From assembly GCA_046329495.1 (NCBI GenBank), contig JAXLUO010000016.1:21499-85498 (forward strand): a DNA stretch of 64,000 nt, read 5' to 3'. The DNA comes from Chitinophagales bacterium. GTDB taxonomy: Bacteria > Bacteroidota > Bacteroidia > Chitinophagales > LD1. This document shows positions 1 through 8,415 of the stretch, piece after piece. A model generated the notes under the pieces. It ran no database searches, was not told the origin of the DNA, and saw only the letters and a program-made list of their open reading frames with translations. The position numbers and the translations under genes are program-made. The first letter of the stretch is position 1, and the number at the start of each line of letters is the position of its first letter.

Positions 1-119
1 CTTTATGGCCATTTATTGTACGAAAAATGCTGCAAAATACAAGACGATGTAAACTACCCTAAGCGTTGTGTGCCAAACAATTCCACAAAAAAAATATTTT
101 CAGGCGGCAGCCATTTCCT

Positions 120-1490
120 TTAATGAGCAGCAGATTGCTCTGCCTGGGGATGAAAGCGTTTTAACAAGCGCTCTGCAATTTCGCTCAGGTAAGCGCCATT
201 GCCCGGTCCAAACCAACCCATGGTGCGGGTTTCATACGTATTAAGCTCATACCAGCTATCGCAGGTTATATAACCTATATACCCCCCGTTAAAACTGGTA
301 GGCACAAAATGGGTATTTGTTAAAGTGGCCGTTGCGCTTATTTCAGCTACCAGTTCGCCCGAAAAATCGCACGGCATTCCTACAAAAGTTAAATCTCCCA
401 ACTGCAGATAATTTACAAATACCGGCGCATCGCCGAACAAGCGATGAAATAGCCATGGCCGCACCACCCAATTGCCAATTATGCGCAGGTTGGGTTGCCG
501 TAGGTAAAGTGGTAAATGCACCATGCGCAGGGTGGTGATAGGCACTGTCGGTATCGAATCAAACCCGTCTAACACCAATCGGGCCACATTGCCGGCCATG
601 TAGTTTACCTCCTCGGCCTGATCCTTTGAATAAGGAAAGGGACCTTGGCTGCCTACAGCACCTGCGCTGAAGGAAACAAAGCCTATGCGTCCGTCTTTAT
701 TAATAAGCTGCATCATCTCAGCAGGCCAGTCGCCGCTTAACTCCATCATTTTTTCGTGGTACACCGTTGCATGGGCCGCAAAGGTTACAATAGCCGCCTG
801 TGCCCCACCCTGTTGTTTAATTCTTATTACCCGCAATAGCGAATCAACCTTGCCGCTGTCGCCCACCAGCCTGTTAAACACCAGTTTGGTGGTAGGTATC
901 TCTTTAAAACCCACTTCAGCGGGTTGGCAATTGCCCTCTGCCTGCCTGATAGCTTCGGTAAAGCACGCTGCCAAATGTTTCGGCACCCGTTCGTCGAATT
1001 TTCCGGCGAACTTCTCCCCTACCCACGAGTTTTGCCAGGCACCCAGGCTGCTGTGCGTATGTGTTGCAGTGTAGTATATAATAGCATTACTATACCCCAA
1101 TGGCTTTAATGCCGTATCTAACATACACGAAACTGCAGGCGGAATTATCAGCAGATCGGCCGATACATAGGCCACCTTTTGTTCGCCGCATTTAAATACA
1201 AAAGCGCGTACATAAATAGAATCGTGTATGCCCTGGTAATGTTTTCCCCCACGGTGGGCATCAATAGCTATGGGTGTTGTAAAAGGCGGCTGCAAATTAA
1301 CCCTGCTCCAACCTGCATAAAAAGTATCAGCCCCGGCTTGCACACCCGAAATAGTGTCAATGGTGGCCATTTCATTCTTATAAAAACCGGTTTGGCGATA
1401 TGGTGTTTGATCGAGCCTGGCAAATAATACACCGGCAATTACTATTAGTACAACAAGTAAGGCCGCAAAAATCCGCACCATTTTTTTCAT
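120..1490 (-). CDS. Neutral/alkaline ceramidase-family hydrolase with N-terminal membrane anchor
   Basis: 456-aa ORF with a hydrophobic N-terminus, the ceramidase-type motif YYTATHTHSS, an AAHAT...SGDWP segment and a C-terminal GYIGY...YE motif. Confidence 0.75.
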   Translation of the reverse strand: MKKMVRIFAALLVVLIVIAGVLFARLDQTPYRQTGFYKNEMATIDTISGVQAGADTFYAGWSRVNLQPPFTTPIAIDAHRGGKHYQGIHDSIYVRAFVFKCGEQKVAYVSADLLIIPPAVSCMLDTALKPLGYSNAIIYYTATHTHSSLGAWQNSWVGEKFAGKFDERVPKHLAACFTEAIRQAEGNCQPAEVGFKEIPTTKLVFNRLVGDSGKVDSLLRVIRIKQQGGAQAAIVTFAAHATVYHEKMMELSGDWPAEMMQLINKDGRIGFVSFSAGAVGSQGPFPYSKDQAEEVNYMAGNVARLVLDGFDSIPTVPITTLRMVHLPLYLRQPNLRIIGNWVVRPWLFHRLFGDAPVFVNYLQLGDLTFVGMPCDFSGELVAEISATATLTNTHFVPTSFNGGYIGYITCDSWYELNTYETRTMGWFGPGNGAYLSEIAERLLKRFHPQAEQSAAH

Positions 1491-1523
1491 GGCCTAAATA
1501 TAATTGATGTATTTAGCCGCCAC

Positions 1524-2048
1524 ATGCTTATAAGTATTACAGGCACCGAATCAACAGGCAAAACTACCCTGGCAAACCAACTGGCCCAACATTATGGAGC
1601 CGGTTTAGTGCCCGATATATCCAGAATGGTAATGGAAAGAATAGGCAGTAACTATACCGCAGTTGACGTAGCGAATATTGCTGCAGAAATTATTGAACGC
1701 GAAGATGCACTGCTAAAGCAATCAAAAGAGGCAATTATCATAAGCGACAATTGCTTGTTTAATATACAAATATGGCTTGAATATTACCGATGGGAAACAC
1801 CGGAATGGCTGAAAGATGTTTTGGTGCAACGCAAAAGCGATTTGTATCTGCTTTGTGATATTGATCTTGACTGGGTGCCGGACGACCAAAGAAAGAATCC
1901 TCACGACCGGGAAACACTCTTGGTTAAGTTTATGGAAGAAATGTCTTCCAAAGGCGTTAATTATAAACTTATCAGCGGTAGCGGCCCGGATAGACTGAAG
2001 GCCGCCGTCCAACAAATAGATAATTTCATAAATTATCCGGAAAGTTGA
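1524..2048 (+). CDS. NadR-type ATP-binding protein (AAA_28; ribosylnicotinamide-kinase-like)
   Basis: 174 aa; Walker A GTESTGKT at the N-terminus and a YLLCDIDLDWVPDDQR motif typical of stand-alone NadR kinase domains. Confidence 0.8.
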   Translation: MLISITGTESTGKTTLANQLAQHYGAGLVPDISRMVMERIGSNYTAVDVANIAAEIIEREDALLKQSKEAIIISDNCLFNIQIWLEYYRWETPEWLKDVLVQRKSDLYLLCDIDLDWVPDDQRKNPHDRETLLVKFMEEMSSKGVNYKLISGSGPDRLKAAVQQIDNFINYPES

Positions 2049-2163
2049 TATTTTTAGATACATGACTGATCCGTTCATATGTTAATTATAAGCGGTGTAC
2101 ATCAGTGAGTTTCTGTTTATGAAACTTTTTAACTAACCACCCGTAAGGGTAAGCTGAAATTAA

Positions 2164-3966
2164 ATGGGCGGCCAAACAACATTACTGGAACGTTATGCCA
2201 ACCGGATTGAGGAACTTCTGATTGCTTTTGAGGAACACAAGAAAGCACGCAATAAGGAGTCTGCCCACCTGGGATTGGAAGCGTATGACCTTGCCAAGGA
2301 ATGCGGCGATGCACAGCTTATCATAAAAGCCGGCACTTCCTTATCCCATTTCTATACCGACATTACCAGCGAATTCCACAAGGCCATCAGGGTAATAACT
2401 GAGGTTATCGAACTGATCAACGAACAGGAACATAGATCCATTGTTTCGGAGTTTTACCGGCGCTTAGGATTAAACTATGATTATACCGGCGAACTGGTAA
2501 AATCAAAGGAGGCCTATGATAAATCTATTGTGCTGCTCGAAGACCGCACGGATCTTGATCAGGCTGCTATACTTACCCTGGCCCGCTCACTTTTTAATGT
2601 TTCTATTATCTACGGCAACCTGGGGTTAGAAAACCTGTCGGAAACTAACCTGAAAAAAGCCTATCAGCTTTTTCTGCAGGCCGACTATAAAGCAGGTATT
2701 TGCCGTTGCCTTATATCATTTGGTGTAGCGCTTTACGAAAAGCAGGGCGACACCACCGAAGTACTCAATTATTACCGTGAGGCTGCCAACATTGCCCGCG
2801 ATATCCATGATGATCCGCCGTTTTGTGTGGCCATGGGTAACATTGGCATTGTATCTGCCGAAAAGGGAGACTTTACCTCCGCCCTTGAAGCAGCCATGAA
2901 AGCGCTGGAAGTTGCGCAGCGCTCCGTTAATAAACACTTTCTTTTCAGCATCCACCGGCAATTAGCCCGCATTTATCAATTAAAGAAAGAATACGAAAAG
3001 GCCAATCAGTGGTATGAGGGTGGCGAACGGTTGTTTATAGAAATGGGCCGCACGCTCGATCAGTTCGAGTTCTACCGCTTTTGGGCTGAAACGCTGCACG
3101 CCATGGGCCGGCACGAAGAAGCCTATGGCAAGCTGTACAATTTTATCAGCAGCAAGGATGAGCTGCACAAAATAAATAAGGAAGCTGCGGTTACCGATGC
3201 CATGTTGCGCTTTCAGTTAGAAGAAGGACGTAAGGAACAGGAACTGCTGAAAAAGAAAAATGCCGAGATAGAAGAATACGCACGTAAGTTGGAGGCGTCG
3301 AACCACGAATTGAACCAGTTTGCGTACGTAGCCTCGCACGATATGAAAGAGCCCCTGCGTATGATCAGCAACTACTCGCAATTGCTGAATCGCTCGTTGG
3401 GCAACCATCTTTCTGATAAAGATGTGCAATACCTGCAGTTTATTAACGAAGGGGCCAAACGGATGATGAACATCATCAACAGCATCCTTCAGTTATCAAA
3501 AATAAATACCATATCACAACCCGGCCCTGTAAATCTGAATAAGGTATTGGAGGAGGTTAAGCAAGGTTTAAGTGTGCAGATAGTAGAGCGCGGCGCACGT
3601 ATACAGGCACCGGCTTTACCAACTGTAAACGTTGACCAATTACAAGTGCTTCAGTTAATGCAGAACTTGATTTCGAATGCCATGAAATACAACCGCAATG
3701 CGGAAGTAAGAGTGGAAATTGGTTACGAAGAAACAGAAACCTGCCACCAGCTAAGCATTGCCGATAATGGCATAGGCATTGCGCCGGATTACCGCGAAAA
3801 GGTTTTTATCATCTTCCAGCGCTTACATGGCCGCGAAGAGTTTGACGGTACAGGCATAGGCCTGGCTATCTGCAAAAAAATAGTCGACAATTTTAAGGGC
3901 AAAATCTGGATTGAAGACTCACCATTGGGAGGCACCAAATTCTGCTTTACCATCCCTAAGCAATAA
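2164..3966 (+). CDS. Soluble TPR-repeat sensor histidine kinase
   Basis: 600 aa; N-terminal ~340 aa of TPR-like helical repeats, H-box SHDMKEPLR, N-box NLISNAMKY, G boxes DNGIGI and GTGIGL; no transmembrane helix seen. Confidence 0.9.
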   Translation: MGGQTTLLERYANRIEELLIAFEEHKKARNKESAHLGLEAYDLAKECGDAQLIIKAGTSLSHFYTDITSEFHKAIRVITEVIELINEQEHRSIVSEFYRRLGLNYDYTGELVKSKEAYDKSIVLLEDRTDLDQAAILTLARSLFNVSIIYGNLGLENLSETNLKKAYQLFLQADYKAGICRCLISFGVALYEKQGDTTEVLNYYREAANIARDIHDDPPFCVAMGNIGIVSAEKGDFTSALEAAMKALEVAQRSVNKHFLFSIHRQLARIYQLKKEYEKANQWYEGGERLFIEMGRTLDQFEFYRFWAETLHAMGRHEEAYGKLYNFISSKDELHKINKEAAVTDAMLRFQLEEGRKEQELLKKKNAEIEEYARKLEASNHELNQFAYVASHDMKEPLRMISNYSQLLNRSLGNHLSDKDVQYLQFINEGAKRMMNIINSILQLSKINTISQPGPVNLNKVLEEVKQGLSVQIVERGARIQAPALPTVNVDQLQVLQLMQNLISNAMKYNRNAEVRVEIGYEETETCHQLSIADNGIGIAPDYREKVFIIFQRLHGREEFDGTGIGLAICKKIVDNFKGKIWIEDSPLGGTKFCFTIPKQ

Positions 3967-3971
3967 ACACA

Positions 3972-4004
3972 TTTGCTTATCCCGCTTTTAGTTTTATACA
4001 TTTG
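3972..4004 (+). promoter_or_regulatory. Bacteroidota sigma70-type promoter for the TPP riboswitch/TBDR transcript
   Basis: TTTG at 3972-3975 and TACATTTG (TAnnTTTG) at 3997-4004, 21 nt apart, directly upstream of the riboswitch. Confidence 0.7.
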
Positions 4005-4011
4005 CAGCAGC

Positions 4012-4106
4012 TTTCTGGGGGCGTTCCCGGTATTGCAATTGCAATAACCGGGATCTGAGAAGAACCCTTCGAACCTGATTACGGTAATTCGTGCGCAGGG
4101 ATAGGA
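4012..4106 (+). ncRNA. TPP (thiamine pyrophosphate) riboswitch
   Basis: GGGG...CTGAGA...ACCC-TTC-GAACCTGAT-..-GGTAAT-C-..-GCGCAGGGA matches the THI-box consensus; lies upstream of a TonB-dependent receptor. Confidence 0.9.
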
Positions 4107-4185
4107 AGACAGGCCCGGCCTGCTCTCTCTCGAAATTTCTTTTCCACTCTTAGAAAGAATAATTCTTAACCCGCAAAAAACTGCG

Positions 4186-6531
4186 ATGAAAAAGACATTA
4201 TTCTTTCTGTTGTTGGTCAATACGGCTTTGGCCCAAACAGATTCCCTGCCCAACCGGCAGAAGAACCGCATGGATACTGCAAGTGCTGTAAGCGGTGTGG
4301 TAAGTTCCTACAGCTTACAGGAAGTAAGCATTACCACCATCCGCGCTACCACTAACACGCCCATGGCTTCGCAACTGATAAGCAAGCAGGAGTTAGAGAA
4401 AAATAATCTGGGGCAAGACCTTCCTTACCTGCTTGATAATACGGCCAGCGTAGTAACCACCAGCGATGCCGGTGCAGGGGTAGGCTATACAGGTATTCGC
4501 ATCCGCGGCAGCGATAATACCCGCGTGAACGTAACCATGAACGGTATACCCGTTAACGATGCCGAAAGCCAGGGCACGTATTGGGTGGATATACCCGATG
4601 TAGTTAGCAGCGCGCAAAACGTGCAGATACAACGCGGTGTAGGCACCAGCACCAACGGCCCCGGCGCTTTTGGCGGCACGGTAAGTGTACAAACCCAAAC
4701 CCCGGCGCAAAAAGCGTATGGTGCGGCAGGTATTTCATTAGGCTCCTTTAGCACCTTTAAGTATTCGGCACGCGGCAGTAGCGGCATGTTATGGAATCAT
4801 GTGTTTGTGGAAGGCGCTGCCAGTTGGATCACCAGCAAAGGTTACATTGACCGCGCAGCCAGTAACCTGCAATCGTATTTTGCTCAGGTTGGGTTCATGA
4901 GCGCCAATACGCTTATAAAGTTTGTGTACTTCGGTGGCCGCGAGAAAACCTACCAGGCCTGGAATGGTGTGCCGCAGGATTCGTTGGCTACCAACCGCAC
5001 CTTTAATGATTTAGGTACTGACTACGGACAACATTTACCGGCATATAAAAACCAAACCGATAATTACCGGCAACATTATATGCAGTTGTTGTATTCGCAA
5101 AACCTGGGCTACGGGTTGTTTTTAAACCTGGGAGGCTTTGCTACGCTCGGCAAAGGTTATTACGAAGAGTTTAAAGCCGGCACCGATATCACCAATTATT
5201 TTCCCGACCTCAATTCCGTAACTACCGACCTGGCACGACAAAAGTGGCTGGATAATATCTTTTACGGCGGCACCTACTCCCTGAATTACAAGCGTGGTAA
5301 TTGGGATGTTGCCCTCGGCGGCTTAATAGGCCAATACCGGGGCAAACACTATGGCAAAGTGGTATGGGCACAGGAAATTAAAGACCTGGATAAAAACCGC
5401 CATTACTACGATGGCCGTTCCATAAAAAACGATTTTAACGTATATGCCAAAGCCAGCTACGAACTGCTAAATAAGGTTGTATTTTTTGCGGATATGCAAT
5501 ACCGCTATGTAAGCCACACCACTTCGGGCATGGATAACAGCTTAACGCCTTACAACATTTCGCGTACCTGGCATTTCTTTAATCCTAAAGCAGGTGTTAC
5601 CTACAAAATAAATTACCTGAATCAGGTTTACGCCTCCTTTGCCCTGGGTAACCGCGAACCAAACCGCGACGACCTGATGGCCGCCACAACCACCCTGCCT
5701 GTTAAACCCGAAACCCTGCGCGATGTAGAAGCCGGTTACAAAGGCATAATTAATGTGGGTAACCACAACATTCAGTTGCAGCCTAATTTCTTTTTTATGC
5801 ACTACAAAAATCAGTTAGTGCTCACGGGTAGATTGAATGACGTAGGCAACCCTATTAAAGCCAACGTACCTGTTAGCTACCGCACGGGTATTGAGCTATG
5901 TGGAAGCTTTAACTTTTTCGCCCGGCAGAAAGGAACTAAAGCGGAAGATCTGAGAGATGTAATTACAGCCAACAGCACCCAAACGCTTGTGGTTACCGCT
6001 CAAAAAGTATTCGCGATAAACTTTGCCTTTACCTGGAGCATGAACAAGATCAAATCCTTCGACGAATACATTTATACCTACGATGAAAACTACAGTCCGG
6101 TTGATTCACTAACCATGGTTATTAACCACAAAAATACCGACATTTCCTTCTCTCCTTCTTACATCGCCTCGCTGGAACTGGTTGCTTACCCGGTTAAAGG
6201 TTTATCCATTAGTTTGATGAACAAAGCGGTAAGCAAGCAATACCTGGATAACACCAGCAATGAGGACCGTAAACTGAAAACATTCTATTACACCAACCTC
6301 AACATCAGTTACAGCCTACCCATCGGCCGCAACGACCGCGAGATCACCTTTAAGGTTTTGCTGAACAACATTTTTAACCGCTTATACGAAAGCAACGGCT
6401 ACACCTACAGCGAGCGTTACACGTACCCCGACGGCAATGGAGGACAAGTGCTGGATGGCCCCTACACCTATAACTACTATTACCCTCAGGCAGGCTTTAA
6501 CTGGCTTGCCGGCGTAAACATCCGCTTCTAA
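4186..6531 (+). CDS. TonB-dependent receptor, probably thiamine uptake
   Basis: 781 aa; signal peptide, plug motif IRIRG...RVNVTMNGIPVND, barrel ending in C-terminal F (GVNIRF). Substrate inferred from the TPP riboswitch. Confidence 0.9.
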   Translation: MKKTLFFLLLVNTALAQTDSLPNRQKNRMDTASAVSGVVSSYSLQEVSITTIRATTNTPMASQLISKQELEKNNLGQDLPYLLDNTASVVTTSDAGAGVGYTGIRIRGSDNTRVNVTMNGIPVNDAESQGTYWVDIPDVVSSAQNVQIQRGVGTSTNGPGAFGGTVSVQTQTPAQKAYGAAGISLGSFSTFKYSARGSSGMLWNHVFVEGAASWITSKGYIDRAASNLQSYFAQVGFMSANTLIKFVYFGGREKTYQAWNGVPQDSLATNRTFNDLGTDYGQHLPAYKNQTDNYRQHYMQLLYSQNLGYGLFLNLGGFATLGKGYYEEFKAGTDITNYFPDLNSVTTDLARQKWLDNIFYGGTYSLNYKRGNWDVALGGLIGQYRGKHYGKVVWAQEIKDLDKNRHYYDGRSIKNDFNVYAKASYELLNKVVFFADMQYRYVSHTTSGMDNSLTPYNISRTWHFFNPKAGVTYKINYLNQVYASFALGNREPNRDDLMAATTTLPVKPETLRDVEAGYKGIINVGNHNIQLQPNFFFMHYKNQLVLTGRLNDVGNPIKANVPVSYRTGIELCGSFNFFARQKGTKAEDLRDVITANSTQTLVVTAQKVFAINFAFTWSMNKIKSFDEYIYTYDENYSPVDSLTMVINHKNTDISFSPSYIASLELVAYPVKGLSISLMNKAVSKQYLDNTSNEDRKLKTFYYTNLNISYSLPIGRNDREITFKVLLNNIFNRLYESNGYTYSERYTYPDGNGGQVLDGPYTYNYYYPQAGFNWLAGVNIRF

Positions 6532-6557
6532 ATTTTTGTCCCGACCCATTAGTAAAA

Positions 6558-6583
6558 AAGAAGGCCCCGTTTGGGGCCTTCTT
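6558..6583. terminator. Bidirectional intrinsic terminator
   Basis: AAGAAGGCCCC-GTTT-GGGGCCTTCTT hairpin between convergent genes. Confidence 0.8.
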
Positions 6584-6590
6584 CGCTTTA

Positions 6591-8207
6591 TTAATAATTC
6601 ATCTCTGTTACCTGCTTGTTCTTCGGATACTTAAGCGTGTAAGCAAAACGCAGTTTCTTGCTTTCATTCGGTGCCAACGTAAGCTTCCATTCCAGTTTTC
6701 CTATTTCAGAAGTATAAATAGCTCCACTGTTTTCACCCGGATCAACTTTTATATCTTCCTGTTTAGATACCGGCAATTGATCCAGCACTTCTATTTCTAT
6801 AGCTACCGGCTTCATATTTTTGAGCGCTATTTCGTATACATAGCTTTCAATCTTTGTATTCAGCACACACTTCTTGCTGCTCAGGTCGGTTATCTGGGTG
6901 CGCTTTACATTAATACGTTCATCACGCCCAAACGACAACAACAAGGTATCGCTGGTTATTGCAGGATTAATGTACGACTTGCCTACATAAGCCCCTTCCA
7001 GAAAAATACTGGCATTACCCGGCAACAGATTGTACTTGCTCCAGTCAGTAACCTTGGCTAACAAAAAGGCGGCAGCTTCCATCTTAGGGACCGTGTGGTA
7101 AACATAACTGGCCTGCAGTTCTTCTTTATCAAATACAATGGTGTGTGCTTTCCCATCGGCAGGCACATCCTGGCGCAGTGCAAGGTCGTAGCTTACATTC
7201 ACGGTATTATCGGTTTGCTCACTGGCTACAGTACCAGCCCACTCATATTTTCCGCTTTCATCGTCGCCCGATTTATCCTTGCGATCGTAGATAGCCATGT
7301 TCATAGCCGGTGCCGCAACAGTATTTACACTTTTATATACGCGGTACTCCACATAATTTACATACAGCGGATTTAAAATCGGGCGGCTGTTGTTCTGTCC
7401 GGGGTTTCCGGTGCAAATACTAAGTTTTACATTTTCCCAATCCATACCGGTGTTCTGATACACATTGGCTTTTTGTACCAGTGTTACCGGCGAGCCCGGT
7501 CCATCGCTGCGTAAATCATATTCCGCATTCCAACCTGAATTACCGGCCGAATAAGCACATTTAATAGAACCTTGTGTGGCCTGGTTAGCATGCAACATCA
7601 ACAACAACTGACCACGCGGCTGGTTGCGCTTTGCATTCACCTCGTTCAATTGTTGTTGCAGGTTGTTCTTTAGCTCATTGCCTTGTTTTACTTGTTTATC
7701 AATAGCTAAAACCTTTTGCTTTAATTCCAATTCCCTGCGGCGAAACATATTGGCAAGCAATTCTACATCGTTGGCTGTAAATGGCTGTTTCTCGTTCCCC
7801 AGCGATTGATTGCTTTTCAACAAAGCCTGCTCTTCTTCATACACGGTTTTCTCCGCTTTCCATTGGTCCAGTTTATCCTGTAATAATTCAAGGCTATCCT
7901 GCCAGCGTTTTATTTGCCCGTTCTCTTCGGTGCGGGCTAAAAAATCAGTTCCATAGGTAGCGCTTATTAATTCGGCCTTCCCCTTTAAAAACACTTGTAA
8001 ACTATTCGGGTCAATAGCGGTGCTTATATCCTGCACTATTAATTGCGTAGTGCCGGCAGCAATGCTAAAATCAGCTTCGTTTACCAATCGCGATTGCGTT
8101 CGGTAAACGGTTACTTCGGTAAGTTTTGAGTTTACGGGTACGGTATTATCCTTGGCAATGGCAGGCATTACAGCCGCCAACAGCAAGGCAAAAAATAACT
8201 TCTGCAT
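6591..8207 (-). CDS. DUF4139/DUF4140 (MuiA-like) secreted protein
   Basis: Start moved to MQKLFFALL (signal peptide). Motifs VTVY, coiled coil, WNAEYDLR, YQNTGMDWENVKL and C-terminal LEWKLTLAPNESKKLRFAY. Confidence 0.85.
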   Translation of the reverse strand: MQKLFFALLLAAVMPAIAKDNTVPVNSKLTEVTVYRTQSRLVNEADFSIAAGTTQLIVQDISTAIDPNSLQVFLKGKAELISATYGTDFLARTEENGQIKRWQDSLELLQDKLDQWKAEKTVYEEEQALLKSNQSLGNEKQPFTANDVELLANMFRRRELELKQKVLAIDKQVKQGNELKNNLQQQLNEVNAKRNQPRGQLLLMLHANQATQGSIKCAYSAGNSGWNAEYDLRSDGPGSPVTLVQKANVYQNTGMDWENVKLSICTGNPGQNNSRPILNPLYVNYVEYRVYKSVNTVAAPAMNMAIYDRKDKSGDDESGKYEWAGTVASEQTDNTVNVSYDLALRQDVPADGKAHTIVFDKEELQASYVYHTVPKMEAAAFLLAKVTDWSKYNLLPGNASIFLEGAYVGKSYINPAITSDTLLLSFGRDERINVKRTQITDLSSKKCVLNTKIESYVYEIALKNMKPVAIEIEVLDQLPVSKQEDIKVDPGENSGAIYTSEIGKLEWKLTLAPNESKKLRFAYTLKYPKNKQVTEMNY

Positions 8208-8366
8208 ACGGTTTGGTTTGGTGATTACTAAAAACGCCTCTGGCAAAGGCAAAAGCGTGATGCGCCAAAACACAGCATTCCATAAACAACTACTTGTAAA
8301 AAGCTGTTAAGCAATTATTTCCATTTCATTCACCTTGTTCGCGGCACATTACTATGCTTAAAATCA

Positions 8367-8398
8367 TTGCCTGTGGCACCCCCTAAAAGTTATATTTG
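8367..8398 (+). promoter_or_regulatory. Sigma70-type promoter for the OmpA-family gene
   Basis: TTG at 8367-8369 and TATATTTG at 8391-8398, 17 nt upstream of the ATG. Confidence 0.65.
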
Positions 8399-8415
8399 AG
8401 CGTCAATTCATACAT

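Noticed and set aside
1-12. Possible start of a minus-strand gene (ATGGCCATAAAG) leaving the window
   Set aside because: Only four codons are visible, too little to support.
3789-4271. 160-aa minus-strand ORF
   Set aside because: Antisense to the kinase end, the TPP riboswitch and the TBDR start; no motif.
8208-8273. Upstream ORF-track extensions (also 12384-12506, 13604-13675, 16928-17002, 37334-37462, 44513-44566, 57460-57510)
   Set aside because: They precede clear signal peptides or family-typical N-termini and overlap promoters or neighbouring genes, so the downstream ATGs were used.
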